Below are positions 27,481 through 41,781 of a DNA stretch of 64,000 nucleotides, in pieces; within the stretch, counting starts at the first letter, position 1, and every line of letters starts with the position of its first letter. The notes below the pieces were generated by a model, which saw nothing but the letters and a program-made list of their open reading frames with translations, had not been told where the DNA came from and searched no databases. Made by a program: the position numbers and the translations under genes. The DNA comes from Paraspadella gotoi (lineage: Eukaryota > Animalia > Chaetognatha): assembly GCA_051294375.1 (NCBI GenBank), contig CM119264.1:26373011-26437010 (forward strand), written 5' to 3'.

Positions 27481-28091
27481 CGACGGAAAAAAAAAAAGAC
27501 ACAAGCGACAAAGATTAAAATTTTTTAAAAAATGACAGAGCTTAGAAAGTTGATAACGACGATTAGTTGAACGATGACAATGACAATAGAACAAAAAACT
27601 GTTAAGAAGACGGAGATAAGACTTTTGAGGCTGACAACTACATTAGGGGTCGACGAAGAGGACGACGATGGCGCTAAAAGGGCAGACGATGACGACAGAC
27701 GACGATGACGACGACGAACGCAATAATTACCAACCGCCATTTCTCTCCTCTACTCGCCTTAGTTAAACAACACGCGGAATCTTTGTTTATTGCAAGAAAC
27801 GACAGAAACGACGACAACAACAATAACAAGGACCTCGATGGCGACATGGACGACAACGCCCACTACAGTCATAGAGTAGCTGACGACGACGACGACGACG
27901 TCGACGACGACGCGGAAGACGAAGACGCCGCAAATCGATGTCGTTGTTTGTCGTCGTCAGTTTCGTCGTCGTTTACGTCGTCGTCGTCGTCGTCGTCGTC
28001 GTTCGATAATTCGCCGGGAGCGAAACAAATCGATGAAGGGCTTTAATTCGTTTCTCGCCGGCGGCCATCGTCTCTTTAAAGCGAGCGCGCG

Positions 28092-28199
<108 letters not shown>

Positions 28200-28590
28200 G
28201 TGTGGCTGTGAATTCTGGGAGGAAGAGGAGTAGCGAGGGATGAGAAAAAAAAAAGAATACGATAAAGAAAACAAACTGCACTTTAAAAAAAAATCTTTTT
28301 GAGGCAAAATTTGATTTAACCAAAAGAGAAGAGAAAAGAGTAAAAAACATAAACCAAAGTTTTTCTTTTTAAACTGAATCAAAGTCTTTTGATTCTCTCT
28401 CTATATTTTTTATCGTTTAATGTTTTTTTTACTTATTTAATATATTACTTCTTTTTTAAACCCAAACTCGTCTGATTGAATTTTTGTTATATTTTCAAGT
28501 AACATTTTTGGTAAGAATTTATTTTTGAACGAGTAAATTTTATTTCTTTACTTTTTGAAATATAGTTTGTCTCTTTTCCACTCAATCTAT

Positions 28591-28633
<43 letters not shown>

Positions 28634-28795
28634 CATACCCAGTAGTTCGCACGCTCTCTGCTCTCTCTCTCTCCTCTCTCTCTTTTCTTTCTCTCTCTCT
28701 CTCTCCCATTTCTTCTCTACTCGCCTTCCTTTTCCTATCTCTATTCTCTCTCCCCCCTAACTTATTCTTTTCCAAAACCATCTTTTTTTTCTCCG

Positions 28796-28805
28796 GTCAC
28801 GTGAC
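28796..28805. promoter_or_regulatory. Perfect GTCACGTGAC palindrome (CLEAR/USF/MITF-TFE type E-box)
   Basis: Exact 10-bp match; single site, function unproven. Confidence 0.3.
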
Positions 28806-29514
28806 TGCGGGAAACTAAAAGAAGTTTTCTTGTGAAGAGACGATTTATCTTGATTTTGGTCCGACGCGCTGGAGGATGCCGCGTCGGTGGCGTCGGGGGT
28901 GGTAGAAAAGGTGGTGGTGGTGGTGGAGTAGGTGTTGGGGGAGCGGCGGCTTGAGAAGTAACGTGAATGACGAAAGGAGTGTTTCTTCTTCTGGGGATGT
29001 GGCAAATGGCAATGTTGACAAGAAACGGACAACTGTCATCTGTGAACGTGGCAACGCAGATTTTAAAGTTGAGTTAAAATTCTGCAAGTTGTTTGGTGAC
29101 TCTGTGACAAGGAAGATTAAATAAAAATGTGAGGGGTAACCCGAAAAGAAGGTGGTGGAGTTAAATCTGCAAAAATCTGTGACTCAGAGTGTGTGAATTG
29201 AAAGTCAACCCAAAGTCTAAAATTTAGAAGACACTTTGCAAAGTTAGGTTTCTTAGTCAAGATGGGGAGATAAAGAAAGATAAAGAGTTTTTGGCGTTTT
29301 GGGTGAGGTTAAAAACACAAAAACTTACTTGAGGGCAACAAGAACAAACTGAGCTCGAATTTTTAGTGATGAGCGAGAGGAAACGAAATGAGCTTTCTAT
29401 TTCCCAATATAATCCCCAATCATTAATCCCCCGATCCGATTTCCAATCCCAATCCCAAATAAAATCCCCTATCTTTAAAAAACTCTTTTTTATTGATTTC
29501 ATTTCTTTTGATGA

Positions 29515-29915
29515 GGATGAGGAAGATTTGGAAGATGAGAAAAAGAGGAAGTTGAGATGAGCAAGATGAGAAAAAGAGAAAGTTGAGATGATCATGATGA
29601 GAAAAAGAGGAAGCTGAGATGAGCAAGAGGAGAAAAAGAGCAAGTTGAGATAAGCAAGATGAGAAAAAAAGAAAGTTGAGATGAGCAAGATGAGAAAAAG
29701 AGGAAGTTGAGATGAGCAAGATTAGAAAAAGAGGAAGTTTAGGATGAGCAAGATTAGAAAAATAGGAAGTTGAGATGAGCAAGATAAGAAAAAGTTCAAG
29801 TTGAGATAAGCAAGATGAGAAAAAAAGAAAGTTGAGATGACAAAATGAGAAAAAGAGGAAGTTGAGATGAGCAAGAAAAGAAAAATAGGAAGTTGAGATG
29901 AGCAAGATGAAAAAA
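29515..29915. repeat. 31-bp purine-rich minisatellite, ~13 copies (gaggaagttgagatgagcaagatgagaaaaa)
   Basis: Direct tandem units. Confidence 0.95.
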
Positions 29916-31366
29916 TAGGAGGATAAGAAGAACAAATAGATGAAAATGGACGAAAAGTTCTTCGGTTCCCGACTGCGAATTCTTTTGTTCGGCTGCTGCA
30001 ACTTCGTTGTAATGCGGCAACTTCGTATTTTTTCCCCGCTGCAGCATGGTTTTTGCGCTCACAGCCGCAGCAGCCAGTGCCGCCGACGCTTCCCGCTGGC
30101 TTTTTTCGTCTTTTCTTCTTAATTTCAAGTTGATTTTCGAAATCGCGGCGAAAATCTCAATTTTGGGTTTCGTCGTCGTTGTCGTCGTTTTCGTCGTCAT
30201 TGTTGTCGTCGTTGTCAATGTCGTTGTCGTCGACGTCTCGATCTTCTTTGGTTTTCTGTTGTCTTTAATTTTTTATTTCTTTTATTTTCATGATATCTCT
30301 ATGTAAAAATCTAAACCATTCTACGCAAAACTTTTTGATCTTAAGGCTCAGAAAAAGGAACATATCACTTTATTCGTCCTTAATATTCTGTTAGTTATCG
30401 TACGTTTGCTCACTCTATAATTAGATAAAATATAAAAATAATTATCATTATTTCTCCCTCTCAATTTTCTACGAATTTCTTTCAAATTAAACTGTTCCTA
30501 TTTTCCCTAAAAATCCTTCCGCCGAAAATATTTCTTTTTTTGATTTTCTTTCTTTCGGAAGAAATTAAAAAAAAGTTTTTTCCCCTAAGAATCTTTTATC
30601 ATCCCCAGGTTTGCCCTTTTTGCGAGTTGCCCTTTTTTTTCTCTTTCCCTATTTGCGCTTTTTCTCATTTCCTCCTTCTTTCCAACCAATCTCCACCTCA
30701 CGCCCAGCAACCCCCCCACCCCCCACCTCTCTCGTCCCATCCTCCCTCCTTTCATATAACTCTCATTCTTCCTCCATCATCTGAGGCCAATAATTCAGGC
30801 GGTAATATCGAATCGTCCCGTCAGGACCGTAAACGACCCTCGTCCTCTGACGGGAAAAAAAACTTGAGGAAGGAGGAAAGAAAAGAAAACGAGGGAGGAA
30901 AAGAAGGGGAAGGAAAGAAAAGAAGTTTCGGAGGAAATTGGAGGAAGGGATAGAAAAAAAGGAAAGTGAACGGAGAAGAGCGTGAAGGAAAATTGAAAAG
31001 GTATGGGAGATGAAAAAGTAAAAATGGAGGAACGGCCCAAACCCCCCCCCCAAAAAAAAAAATTAAACGTAGACGGGCTGTCTGCTTTCTTCATTTTTTG
31101 GTTATCCTTTCTTCCGGTTGTCTGACCGGTTTTCTCGTTGTGCGGATGTACAGTTGTACAGTTGTATAGTTGTCTAGTTATTCAGTTGTCTAGATATTTG
31201 ATTGCCTGGCCGGATGTGTTACTTCCGCGATCCCACAACTTTCACCGCCGAGCGAAAGTTCAGAGACTCGAAGCCTCGTGGGGGAAAAAGTTGGACGGAT
31301 TAGTCAGGATGTATGGAAACCGAACTCGAAGCTTATCATGTCTTGGACAAGATGTGAGAACAACAA

Positions 31367-31436
<70 letters not shown>

Positions 31437-31545
31437 AGGAAAGAGAGAGAGAGAGCTTCCGTTCCATTTGTTTGGCTTTATCCATTCCTTACTGTTGCAT
31501 TTTTATTTCTTGCTTTTCTCGACTTTTTCCGTCTGACTTCACCGC

Positions 31546-31757
31546 CTTTTCTTTTCTTTTCTTTTCTTTTCTTTTCTTTTCTTTTCTTTTCTTTTCTTTT
31601 CTTTTCTTTTCTTTTCTTTTCTTTTCTACTCTTCAATTTTCTTTTCTATTTTCTTTTTTATCTTTTTTCTTGCTCAAATAAACAGTTTTTAGTTTTTAGT
31701 TTTTAGTTTTTAGTTTTTAGTTTTTAGTTTTTAGTTTTTAGTTTTTAGTTTTTAGTC
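31546..31757. repeat. Adjacent (CTTTT)n (31546-31626) and (TTTTTAG)n (31684-31757) microsatellites
   Basis: Direct repeats read from sequence. Confidence 0.95.
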
Positions 31758-33037
31758 CGTTTTTATGGTTTTATTGTTATAAAATTTACATCAACGTTCT
31801 TACTTGAAGAAATATCTTACACAGTATTTTCTTTTGCAACAATCTATTATTTACTTTCTTAATATTATTCGTCATCTTACAACAATACAAGTTTTAATTT
31901 TCCCGAGATTTTTCATTGTTCACTGTTTGGTAATCTAGTAAAATACATACATTTTTACGATAATTTACGATAATTTTTATTTTTATTATTTCTATTTTAT
32001 TTTATTTTTTATTATTTATATTTATATTTCATTATCTTTATTTATTTTTGTTCATAATTTTTATATTGGTTGTAACAATTTCATACGTATTAGAACCTTC
32101 TTGTATCTCAAAAATGCCTCTTGACAACTCATTGTTTAAAAATTGCTTTTTGCAGGAAAATAGAGAACCTGTTTATATATATTTTTAAATAAATGTTTAA
32201 CTTTGAAATTTAAAAACTTTAATTTTTTTCAATTTCAGGGAAGAAGTCAAGACTGAATAAATTTTAGCTTTATGCTTTATTCGTCGGGATCAAGAGATAC
32301 AACCCATAAAGCTGTCAAAAATGAATAATTATTAATTAATTATTAATGCTAAAAATATTTTCTCTCCCTAAAGCCAGGTGGAAAGTTGATTCAATTTTGT
32401 CGTTTGTCATAAAGTTTTAAAATAAGTAATCAACTTAAAAACAACGACTGAGCTTATGTTGAGTAATTGTAAAGAACTGCTTAAAAAAAAAAAAAACAAT
32501 AAAGATGGAAAAAACAGTGGAGGAAGAAAAAGGGAGCAAAAGGAAAAACCTACTGAAAAAAATTGTAGACCGACGTGGTAAAAGGTCCCCGCGCGTGAGT
32601 TTTGACTGAAGCATCTATGATTCTCTGCACTGTATAATTGGAATTGAATGAAGGAATGAATGAATAAATAAATAAATAGATGAATGAATGAAAGAGTGAA
32701 TGACTGAATGAATATCGTAAATATAATTATGAAATAAATCAAGAAAAATTATAGAAAGAAATAAAATAAAAAGAAAGAAAGATAAAAAATTTAGGGAAAA
32801 AAATGAAAGAATGAAAACATTTTTTCGTATGTATCTATATTAACTCAATGCACATACTAAATTTAAACGATGTAGATACTAAAATGACGTCTCCGAACTT
32901 ACCCTCCCTCGATCGGCGGCGAAGTGGAAATCGGCGGCGTCTCTTGACGGGTGAGGAAATAAGACGCGTCGGTGGAATAATGAAAAAACCATCATGATTC
33001 ATTTCGTCAGTCTCTTTTCTTTATCTCTTTCTTTATT

Positions 33038-33133
<96 letters not shown>

Positions 33134-34437
33134 TTTTTATTAGTTCTCTTTTTTTGTTTCCACTGTCTTTCTTTCTTACTTTTTGCTCCATCTTTCTTTC
33201 TTTTCCTCTTTATCCGTCTTTCCTTTTTACCTTTTATAAATGTTAGCATTCGGAGTTTCTTTGTTTACACAAGAAAGTCAAAGAAAACATCGGTTTTCGC
33301 CGTCGTCGTCGTCGTCGTCGTCGTCGTCTTCATCGTCGGTGCCATCTTCTCTCTCGCACAAAACGTCAATCTTCCTTTTTTTTAAAAATATATTATTTTC
33401 CGTTCTCGTAAAATTAATATCAAACTGATGTCAACATTTTCGAAAGTTATAAATCTCATTTGCTTTTATTGAAACCTTACATTTCTACAATATAATAAAC
33501 CAACGTTGTTGAAAAATCAAGATTTCATTTCAAGTTTGTTTTTTTCGTTACAACCGACGTTCGTTGTCTCTCGTCGTTCATCTTTCGTTATTATCGAGTT
33601 TTATGGTTCGTTGGAAGACAAAACACAGTAATTTTCTCCTCGTCGTCATCGTCGTCGTCTTCGTCGTCGTCTTCGTCGTTTTCTTCGTCCTCGTCGTCGT
33701 CGTCCTCATCGGCGACGGACCGAGTTTTTATTGTTTTCTTTTTTTACGCTGCAGAGATTTTCATGGACGGCGAAGGGCGAGGCGAGGGCGTCTTGCGGTT
33801 CCGAGAGTCGACGAAGATAAAAAAAAAGAAAAAGAAATTCATGTTTCGAGGTAATTTTATTCAATTTAAGATTTAAAAATGAGATATTGAAACGTATCTA
33901 AATTTTGCTCGAGATAATCAAGAAAGGAAACCAGCTATGCAATGTATAAGGCGCCCGAGAGAAGGTTTGTATAGATTTATCCTTGACCTCGATAGTGCTA
34001 ACCTAAACCTAAATATACTATATATACTTTTATATTGTATATATGAAGTCGGAACTATTGATCGACGCTTTCCTCAATAAGTTTTGACCGGCCATATTGA
34101 TCTTATTTTCTATTGAACAAAGTCTTAAAATTTCGTTAATGTCGTTAATATCAATGGTTTACTCAAAAAACTAGAGCAGAAAAAAATGATTCAAACGTAA
34201 TGGAGAATCACGGTAAAAAAACTAAAATTAATATTTTTATTGCTACTATTCACCTTAAATCAGAATATGTTAATTTAAATCACCAATTTGCTGAGGTATG
34301 CGGTAACATTAAAAAATAAGGTTTTCGAAGTTTTTGTCAATGACATATTTTTGCCTGTAAATCTGGTGGGAGCCTTAAACGGTGGGCGTTAAGTTAGGCT
34401 GGAGTAGTGATCCTTGCTGTCCATCGTCTGTGACGTG

Positions 34438-34538
<101 letters not shown>

Positions 34539-34668
34539 GGACCGAAGGTTCCTCGCTATCGATTCCGAATCTGAGATTGAATGACCGCGACATTAACGGT
34601 GTTTAGACTCTGTAGTCCGGACTGTGGGGAGCGACCACGCGATTCGAGCACTTGATACCCTCCGTTGA

Positions 34669-34713
<45 letters not shown>

Positions 34714-34717
34714 GAGA

Positions 34718-34757
<40 letters not shown>

Positions 34758-34767
34758 AAGAGAGAGG

Positions 34768-34847
<80 letters not shown>

Positions 34848-34965
34848 AGCGGAAAGAGAAAGGGAAAGGGGAGAAGAGGGAGAGAGAAAAGATGAGAGAG
34901 ATAAGAGAGAGAGAGAGATAGAGAGAGGAGAGAAAGAGAGGAGAAGCAGAGAAGAGATAAGAGAG

Positions 34966-35001
<36 letters not shown>

Positions 35002-35307
35002 CTGACCAAATTAACACATAGAATGAGAACCAAAGAAGAAAGGAATAAATTTCGCAACAAGACAAGTATGATTTGTTTCAACCTCGGCCGAGACAGACAG
35101 ATGGAGAGAGGGATTCGCGGTGGGGGCGCGGTCGGCAATAAACTTGTCTCATTAACCACCTGAAACTCTTTTCATAACTCGCGTCTCGAAAGAGGAGAGC
35201 CGCGCCCACCAGGTGCGTCCTCTCTCCATTATGTCCTCTTGTCTTCTCATCATTGGCTCCCATTACCTCAATGAATCGCTTTTATTTGTGTGCGCCGTGA
35301 TCTTTGG

Positions 35308-35394
<87 letters not shown>

Positions 35395-36720
35395 GTTCTT
35401 AGCTTTGTTTGTGTCTCTGTTTCATTTTTTTTTTCATTCTTCAGATTCCGAATTTGTTCATAACAATTTTTTTTAAGTCTCGGTTCCATTAACAAGTTTT
35501 CGAGAAAAAAAAAACATTTTAAAAGGTTTGAACGAAGCGGCATCTGCGAATTTTACTATCACTAGATTTTTTTTTACTTCCCCTCGCTTCTCTTAATTTC
35601 TTTTCTGTTTAAAAAAAAAATTTCTTTGTTCTCGGACATGATGAATATTCCCTTTTCCCGCCACAATAAAAAAGATGAGAAAGATAGAAAGACGAGTGGA
35701 ATTTAAAGAGAGAGAAGGAAAGGAAGGTAGGAAGGAAGACAGGAATGGATGAAAAGAAGAAGGAAAAATGAAGATGGGAAGGTAGGAAGAAATAGAAGAT
35801 ATTGTTTGAGAGAGTTAAAAGAAAGGGAGGTGGGAAAAGATAGATGGATAGAAAGATTAAAGCAGGTAGGAAGGTAGGAAAAAAAAGGAATGGAGTAAGA
35901 GAGAAATGAACGATGAGGATTAGAAGATAGCAAAGGGGATTATGAGAGGAGAAAATAGGGGAAAGTATTGAGAGTGAAAGAAAAGAAAATTTAAATAATC
36001 AACCAAATTTAGTTTGACCGTTTATAATTGTTTTCTCATAGTCGAAACTATATAGTCTAAACCTAATAACGTCAGTTTTAAACGTAACTAATTAAACTCT
36101 TAATTAAATCTAACTAAAGGGTTAGCACTATCTAGGCCAAAGAGAAGGATGGGAATTCAAATTAAAGACTTTCGTCGTAATCTCCTTTTTTTTCTCTTCT
36201 TTTTGGAACACGCGTTCGCTTCAAATTGCTTTTGCATAAATAACGACTTTGCTCCTTTCTGCTTTTTTTTTTCTCGGTGGCCCAGAGGGGGGAAACGACT
36301 CGAGTCCAGTTGATTCAAAATGGCGGTATTTTAAAACCGCTTGAGCTATGGTCCCTATTTAAACTTTTGAAAATTTAAAATGAGTCGCTGACGAGTTTAA
36401 TAAAAGTGCCAAATGATGGACCGAAACTTTCCTCCACTCTGGAAAGTCTCTACCAGAGTAAGGACGACCAATACTCACCCGCCTTTCCTTTTTTCTTTCG
36501 CTCCCCGATTCAAGACACGCCATCCGTTCGGCCGAAAAAGTCTTCCACATTTCTCCACTCTTTTATCCACTTTTATCCACTCCAGTTTCTATTTTTATCC
36601 ACCCCATTTTTTTTAATCAATTTTACGTTTATAAAAACCCTAACTATCTGACCTCATCGAAACTAACAAAATGTAACCATGCAAAGCATATCATAAAAAC
36701 TTTGAAATCAGTCCGCAATA

Positions 36721-37100
36721 AAACCGCAATGAATGCGTCCTAGCACACTAAGCCCAAAACCGCAAATGAATGCTCCTAGCACACTAAGCCCAAACCGCAA
36801 TGAATGCGTCCAAGCACACTAAGCCAAACCGCAATGAATGCGTCCTAAGCACACTAAGCCCAAACCGCAATGAATGCGTCCTAGCACACTAAGCCCAAAC
36901 CGCAATGAATGCGTCACACACTAAGCCCAAACCGCAATGAATGCGTCCAAGCCACTAAGCCCAAACCGCAATGAATGCGTCCTAGCACACTAAGCCCAAA
37001 CCGCAATGAATGCGTCCTAGCACACTAAGCCCAAACCGCAATGAATGCGTCCTAGCATACTAAGCCAAACCGCAATGAATGCGTCCTAGCACACTAAGCC
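36721..37100. repeat. 35-bp minisatellite, 11 copies (aaaccgcaatgaatgcgtcctagcacactaagccc)
   Basis: Head-to-tail units with only small indels and substitutions; no spacers. Confidence 0.97.
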
Positions 37101-37297
37101 ACAAACCAAAACCCATTCCACGCCCTGCCCCCCACCCCGGATGACTCACCCCCTCCCCCCCCACCGCTCCGATTTCTTCTCTTCGTTTTCGTAGTCAACT
37201 ACTTATGTTTTTCAAGAAATGAGACTTTGACTCTCGGTCCTCCTCTTCCATGACATCGGGAGGAAACGGTCGAGCAAATCAAAATCTCTCTCCTCTC

Positions 37298-37349
<52 letters not shown>

Positions 37350-38441
37350 TCCATTTTTTCTTTTTCTGATAAGGCTCCAGTTTCTTTTTCGGGGGAAATT
37401 TCAGGGGAAATATTGTAACTCTTTTTACTAATTTATCTGTGAAAGTGATAAAACTTTCTTTCTATTGTCTTCTTTTCTTCCAACATCGTACAGTTCATTA
37501 GTAATTTTTTTTACCTGTATTCTATTCACGGCAAAAAAAAGTTGTCAAAAGAAGGGAAAAAAAGGAAAAAAAAGTAAAAAAAGAAAAAGAAAAAAAAAGA
37601 AGGAAAAAAATAAGGAAAAAAAAAGGGAAAAAAGTAATAAGTCAGAAATCTAGTTTATATTTCCAACGAATCCTCGTTTTTGTGAAGATGAAAAAAATTG
37701 TTCGAGTGTCAAAGGGTTCAAGACAAAAATGAGCCCAAACATCAAAACACAGCGTCAACCAAATCAGTCAACCAGAGAGCAACAACGGAAGCATGTCTGA
37801 CAGTGCTTTGGATTTTTAACGGTTGAACGCGAAATAAAGTATTAGCGTTAAAATTTATAAAGTTTAAAAGATATTAATCTAACATATTGTGGACGCAACA
37901 AGTTTTTTTAAGCTTACGTACAATATAGAAATGTAAATAACTGATGGGGTAGTTTTGTTTTATTTTACTAATGAAGCAAAACAAATTCAAGGGAAGAAAG
38001 TTAGCCAAAATCCAATCACCCGGGACGTATGATTTACTCACCTTATTAATGTAAAAAACGACAAAAACTTATCCGTCAAAATCCGTCATACTAATTTTCT
38101 AAATCACATTGTAATTTTAACGATTGTTTAGTTAGAGCATTTACGTGAGAAAGATTAAACCAATTAATGTTTCGTAACAGAAGAATTTTATGAAAAAACC
38201 AATTTTAAAAACATCACCCTGAAAAAAAAAGGATACTTATCGTTGTGTGGAATAACGCGAAGCCAATAACCGCGTAATGGAAAACAATAATAATAAACAT
38301 TTCCTGACAGAGTGGCATTTCAGGGGGAAAAAAGAAAAAAGTTAAAAAAAAAAAAGAAAGAAGAAAGAAGAAAAAAGAAAGAAGAAGGTGTCGCAGTCGC
38401 AACGTAGTCCACGGGTTAGGTGTCGTCGTCGTCGTTATCAT

Positions 38442-38556
38442 CGTTGTCAATATCGTCGGCTTTGTCATCGTCGTCGTCGTTGCCAATATCGTCGGCTTTG
38501 TCATCGTCATCGTCGTTGTCAATATCGTCGGCTTTGTCATCGTCATCGTCGTTGTC
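38442..38556. repeat. 36-bp tandem repeat x3 within a degenerate (GTC/ATC)n field extending to ~38820
   Basis: caatatcgtcggctttgtcatcgtcatcgtcgttgt repeated. Confidence 0.9.
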
Positions 38557-40239
38557 TGTCCATGACGTCGGCTTCATCCTCGTCGTACTCACTTTGCTTC
38601 AGTCTTCACCGTTGGTTTCGCCGTCTTCGTCATCTTCGTCGTCTTTGTCGGTGTCTTAATGGATGTCATCGTCGTAGCTGTCCCTGTCATCAATGTCGTG
38701 AACTTCATCATCATTGTCATCTTTGCCGTAGACTTCGTCGTCATCGTCATCATCATTTTCATTGACGTTTCCGTCGTCGTCATCGTCGTCATCGACATAT
38801 TCGTCTTCGTCATCGTCGTCAATCGGCCGGAGTTTTTCTTTCCCCCCCCCCAACCCACTCCACCTCCCCCTCACTCCGCCCTAACAGAGCTCCGTCCGCC
38901 GGGAGAAACGGGCGCTCGTTCGGTCGGGAGCCGCGTTGCCGTGGAAACGCGAATTGGAAGGAATTAGAGGGGGCCACCGGGGGCGAAGTCAGCCGAGCGG
39001 GAATGGCTTCGTTTCTACGGGACTCGGAGATTTGCATGGGAAATGTCGATGGGTCCCCTCGGTCGGCGAAAAAAAAAAAAAACAGGGTCCGAGACTCTGA
39101 TTTTGGGCGGAAAAGAATGTCAAGTTAAACGTATGAAAAATGTAATTATTTGGTATTAAATTTACGCGTGGGCTTAATTTTGTATTTGACTGTATAAGAT
39201 AACTGTATAAGATAACAAAGCTCAACCTTATTTTTTTTTTGTCTCCGGGACGAGCGGGGTTGTCGAATGTTCAGCCAACTTCCAACACCCACGGCGCATG
39301 CGCGTTGAAAGGTCGTTAGATTTTAGGAAAAGTGAGTTTTGATGAGAGGTACCATCACCAATACCATCACCATCTCATCCCCGAAAAAAAAAATATTGAT
39401 GAGTATCTGGTGTACATAAGTTCGAGTGATTAGCAGATCTATTCACAGAGCCCGGTACCAGTCAGGTTCACAGTGACGGTATCTTACTTCGACATTCAAC
39501 TGGGCAAATCTTACAGACATCTGTCGAGGCGAGGTTTAAGCTAAAGCTAAGAATGCGTCACTTAAACTCCTAACCATTCCTTAACAATGAATTATCTTTC
39601 AACATCAGGCCGCCTGTTTTCTAAGTGTACCTCTTTCTCTCTTTTTTTCACATTTGTTGCGACTTGCAACGTTCGTGGCTTTTGCTAGGGATTTTGTTTT
39701 GTGTTACTTTCCGGGTCTCATCCTCCTCTTCCGTCAGGATCTTTGTCGTCGTCGTCGTCGTCGTCACTGGCGAGGGGGATGAGTTTGCGTTGGCTTTGCT
39801 CCACGAATAATCTGGCGACTAAACCCAAAGATGTCAAAAGTCGTCGCGCGTCGGTGCGGCAGCGCAGCGGCGCCGGTGCGGCGGTTCAGCGGCGTCAGGA
39901 GAGCGGCGGGAGCAGCCGGTAGCAGTATCGACAATGTTAGCAGCAATTATCAGTGCCTGAAGAGTTGATGGAGAAGAGTCGAAGCATCGTCAATGATTTG
40001 CCGGTGCAGCTAGAAACAACTATCGGCACTAGTAGTAACTGCGTCGGCGGCGGCGGAGTCGGCGTCGTTGCCGGTGCAACCTCGGTGCCAGGAAATTGAA
40101 AACAAGCGACTCCCGCTGAGTTGGAGGAAAGGGAGAGAGGAAGGGAAGAGGGAGGGGAGAGGACGGACGCCGGAGGCCCACATTATCCGCAGGTAAGTTA
40201 ATGTTGTTTGGAGGTGTTCCGACGTTTTTTTAGGTAAAC

Positions 40240-40354
<115 letters not shown>

Positions 40355-41781
40355 CACAAATAGAAAGTTAAAAAAACATTGACGCAAAAATAGGCAAAGA
40401 GACGAACAGAGAGGAAGACAGACAGACATAAACATATATTGACAGACAGAATCACAGAAATATATCAGAAATATAAATATAGACAAAAAGAGACCGACAG
40501 AAGCAGGCGAGACTCTAGTAAAAGTTACTTCCGTTTTTCTCATTAGTCATCACCGAAGTTCACCGTCGAATTCAGAGCGAGAGATTTTTTTTTTAATTTT
40601 TAAGCTTTTTAAATTCTTTTTTTTTTAAGCTTTTTGTCTGGTTTTTTGTTAGAAAAGCTTTTGAATTTTCACTTTCGTTTCCTCCTTTTTTTTTCAATCG
40701 CCATTTTTTTTAGGCTGCATCGATGTACTTTACTTGGCGACCGAACGGAAACAGCGCAGGCGCCATCTTTAAATTTGCGGTATCACTGAAGCAACTAACG
40801 CCGTATCTGCTGAGCATCCTTACCATCTTTTCCGCAGAGTTATCATGTACTTATATGTATAATATAGAATACAATACGTAAAATATCTGAATGTTCACCC
40901 TCCTGGTTTGAAGCACCAGTTCGACGTTTTCTACGATGCCGAATCTGACATCACAGCAACTAACGCCATCGACGCAGCCGCCTCTATCGTCGCCGCCGCC
41001 GTTGCAGCCGCCGACGCAGCCGTCGCTGCCGTCTCCACCGCCGCATCCGCCGCCGCAGCCGCCACAGACGACGGATGGGTTTGAAAAATGAGTCGGCACG
41101 TCGGTGAGCGACAGGTAAAGGACAGAAACCGGCGGGCGATAGGAAGAGGAGGAGGAGGAGGAAGTGGAGGAAAGGTAGGGTAGAAGCGGTAAATGGAGGG
41201 TGAGGTTAGGCGGAGGGGGAAGGGGGGCAGCCAAGTGCGCGAATGACTGGAATGTAAATTCGGTGAATGAAGTCATCGCGGGCGGAAAAAAAAAACGAAA
41301 AGGGAGAAAAGGAAAGGAGAGAAAAAGGGAGGAAAGGAAAGGGAATCGGTATGAAAAGGCAGGTAAAGTGTAAAGGTAAAGCGCAAAGGTAAAAAGGAAA
41401 AGGAAAAAGGAAAAAAAATTATTGAAATAGGAAAGAAAAGAGGAAGAGAAGGGAGAGAAAAGAAAGAATAAGAATAGAAACTAAAGAAGATGTTGGATGA
41501 AAAGCTTGAAATTGAGAAGAGGAATAAAAGATAAGAAAAGTGCGCGACAGAAAAGCAACCGGGTACAAGGACAAACCGGAAAAAAAATAGATAGAAGATA
41601 GAAACGCGCTGTGAAAAAAGACAGTGAAGCGTTGGGCGAAGAATTTGAAAAAGATGAAAAAAGGTTTTTATTTTTTTTTTGGTCCTCACGTAAAAAGATC
41701 ATTCGACTCGACGAAACTCGGCGGCGGAAGCGAAAAAAAGTCTCGAGTCGAACCGACCTGAGTTGGTGACAATTTTTTTCG

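Noticed and set aside
31684-31757. (TTTTTAG)n as an interstitial telomere
   Set aside because: It lacks the GG/GGG of TTAGG, TTAGGG or TTTAGGG; treated as an ordinary microsatellite.
36721-37100. 35-bp repeat array as a CRISPR array
   Set aside because: Units are head-to-tail with no unique spacers, there are no cas genes, and the context is eukaryotic.
38888-39070. Exon-like block translating to VRREKR-ALVRSGAALPW-KR (neuropeptide-precursor-like cleavage sites)
   Set aside because: No donor site, signal-peptide exon or known peptide family. Arg-rich dibasic motifs arise readily from GC-rich DNA.
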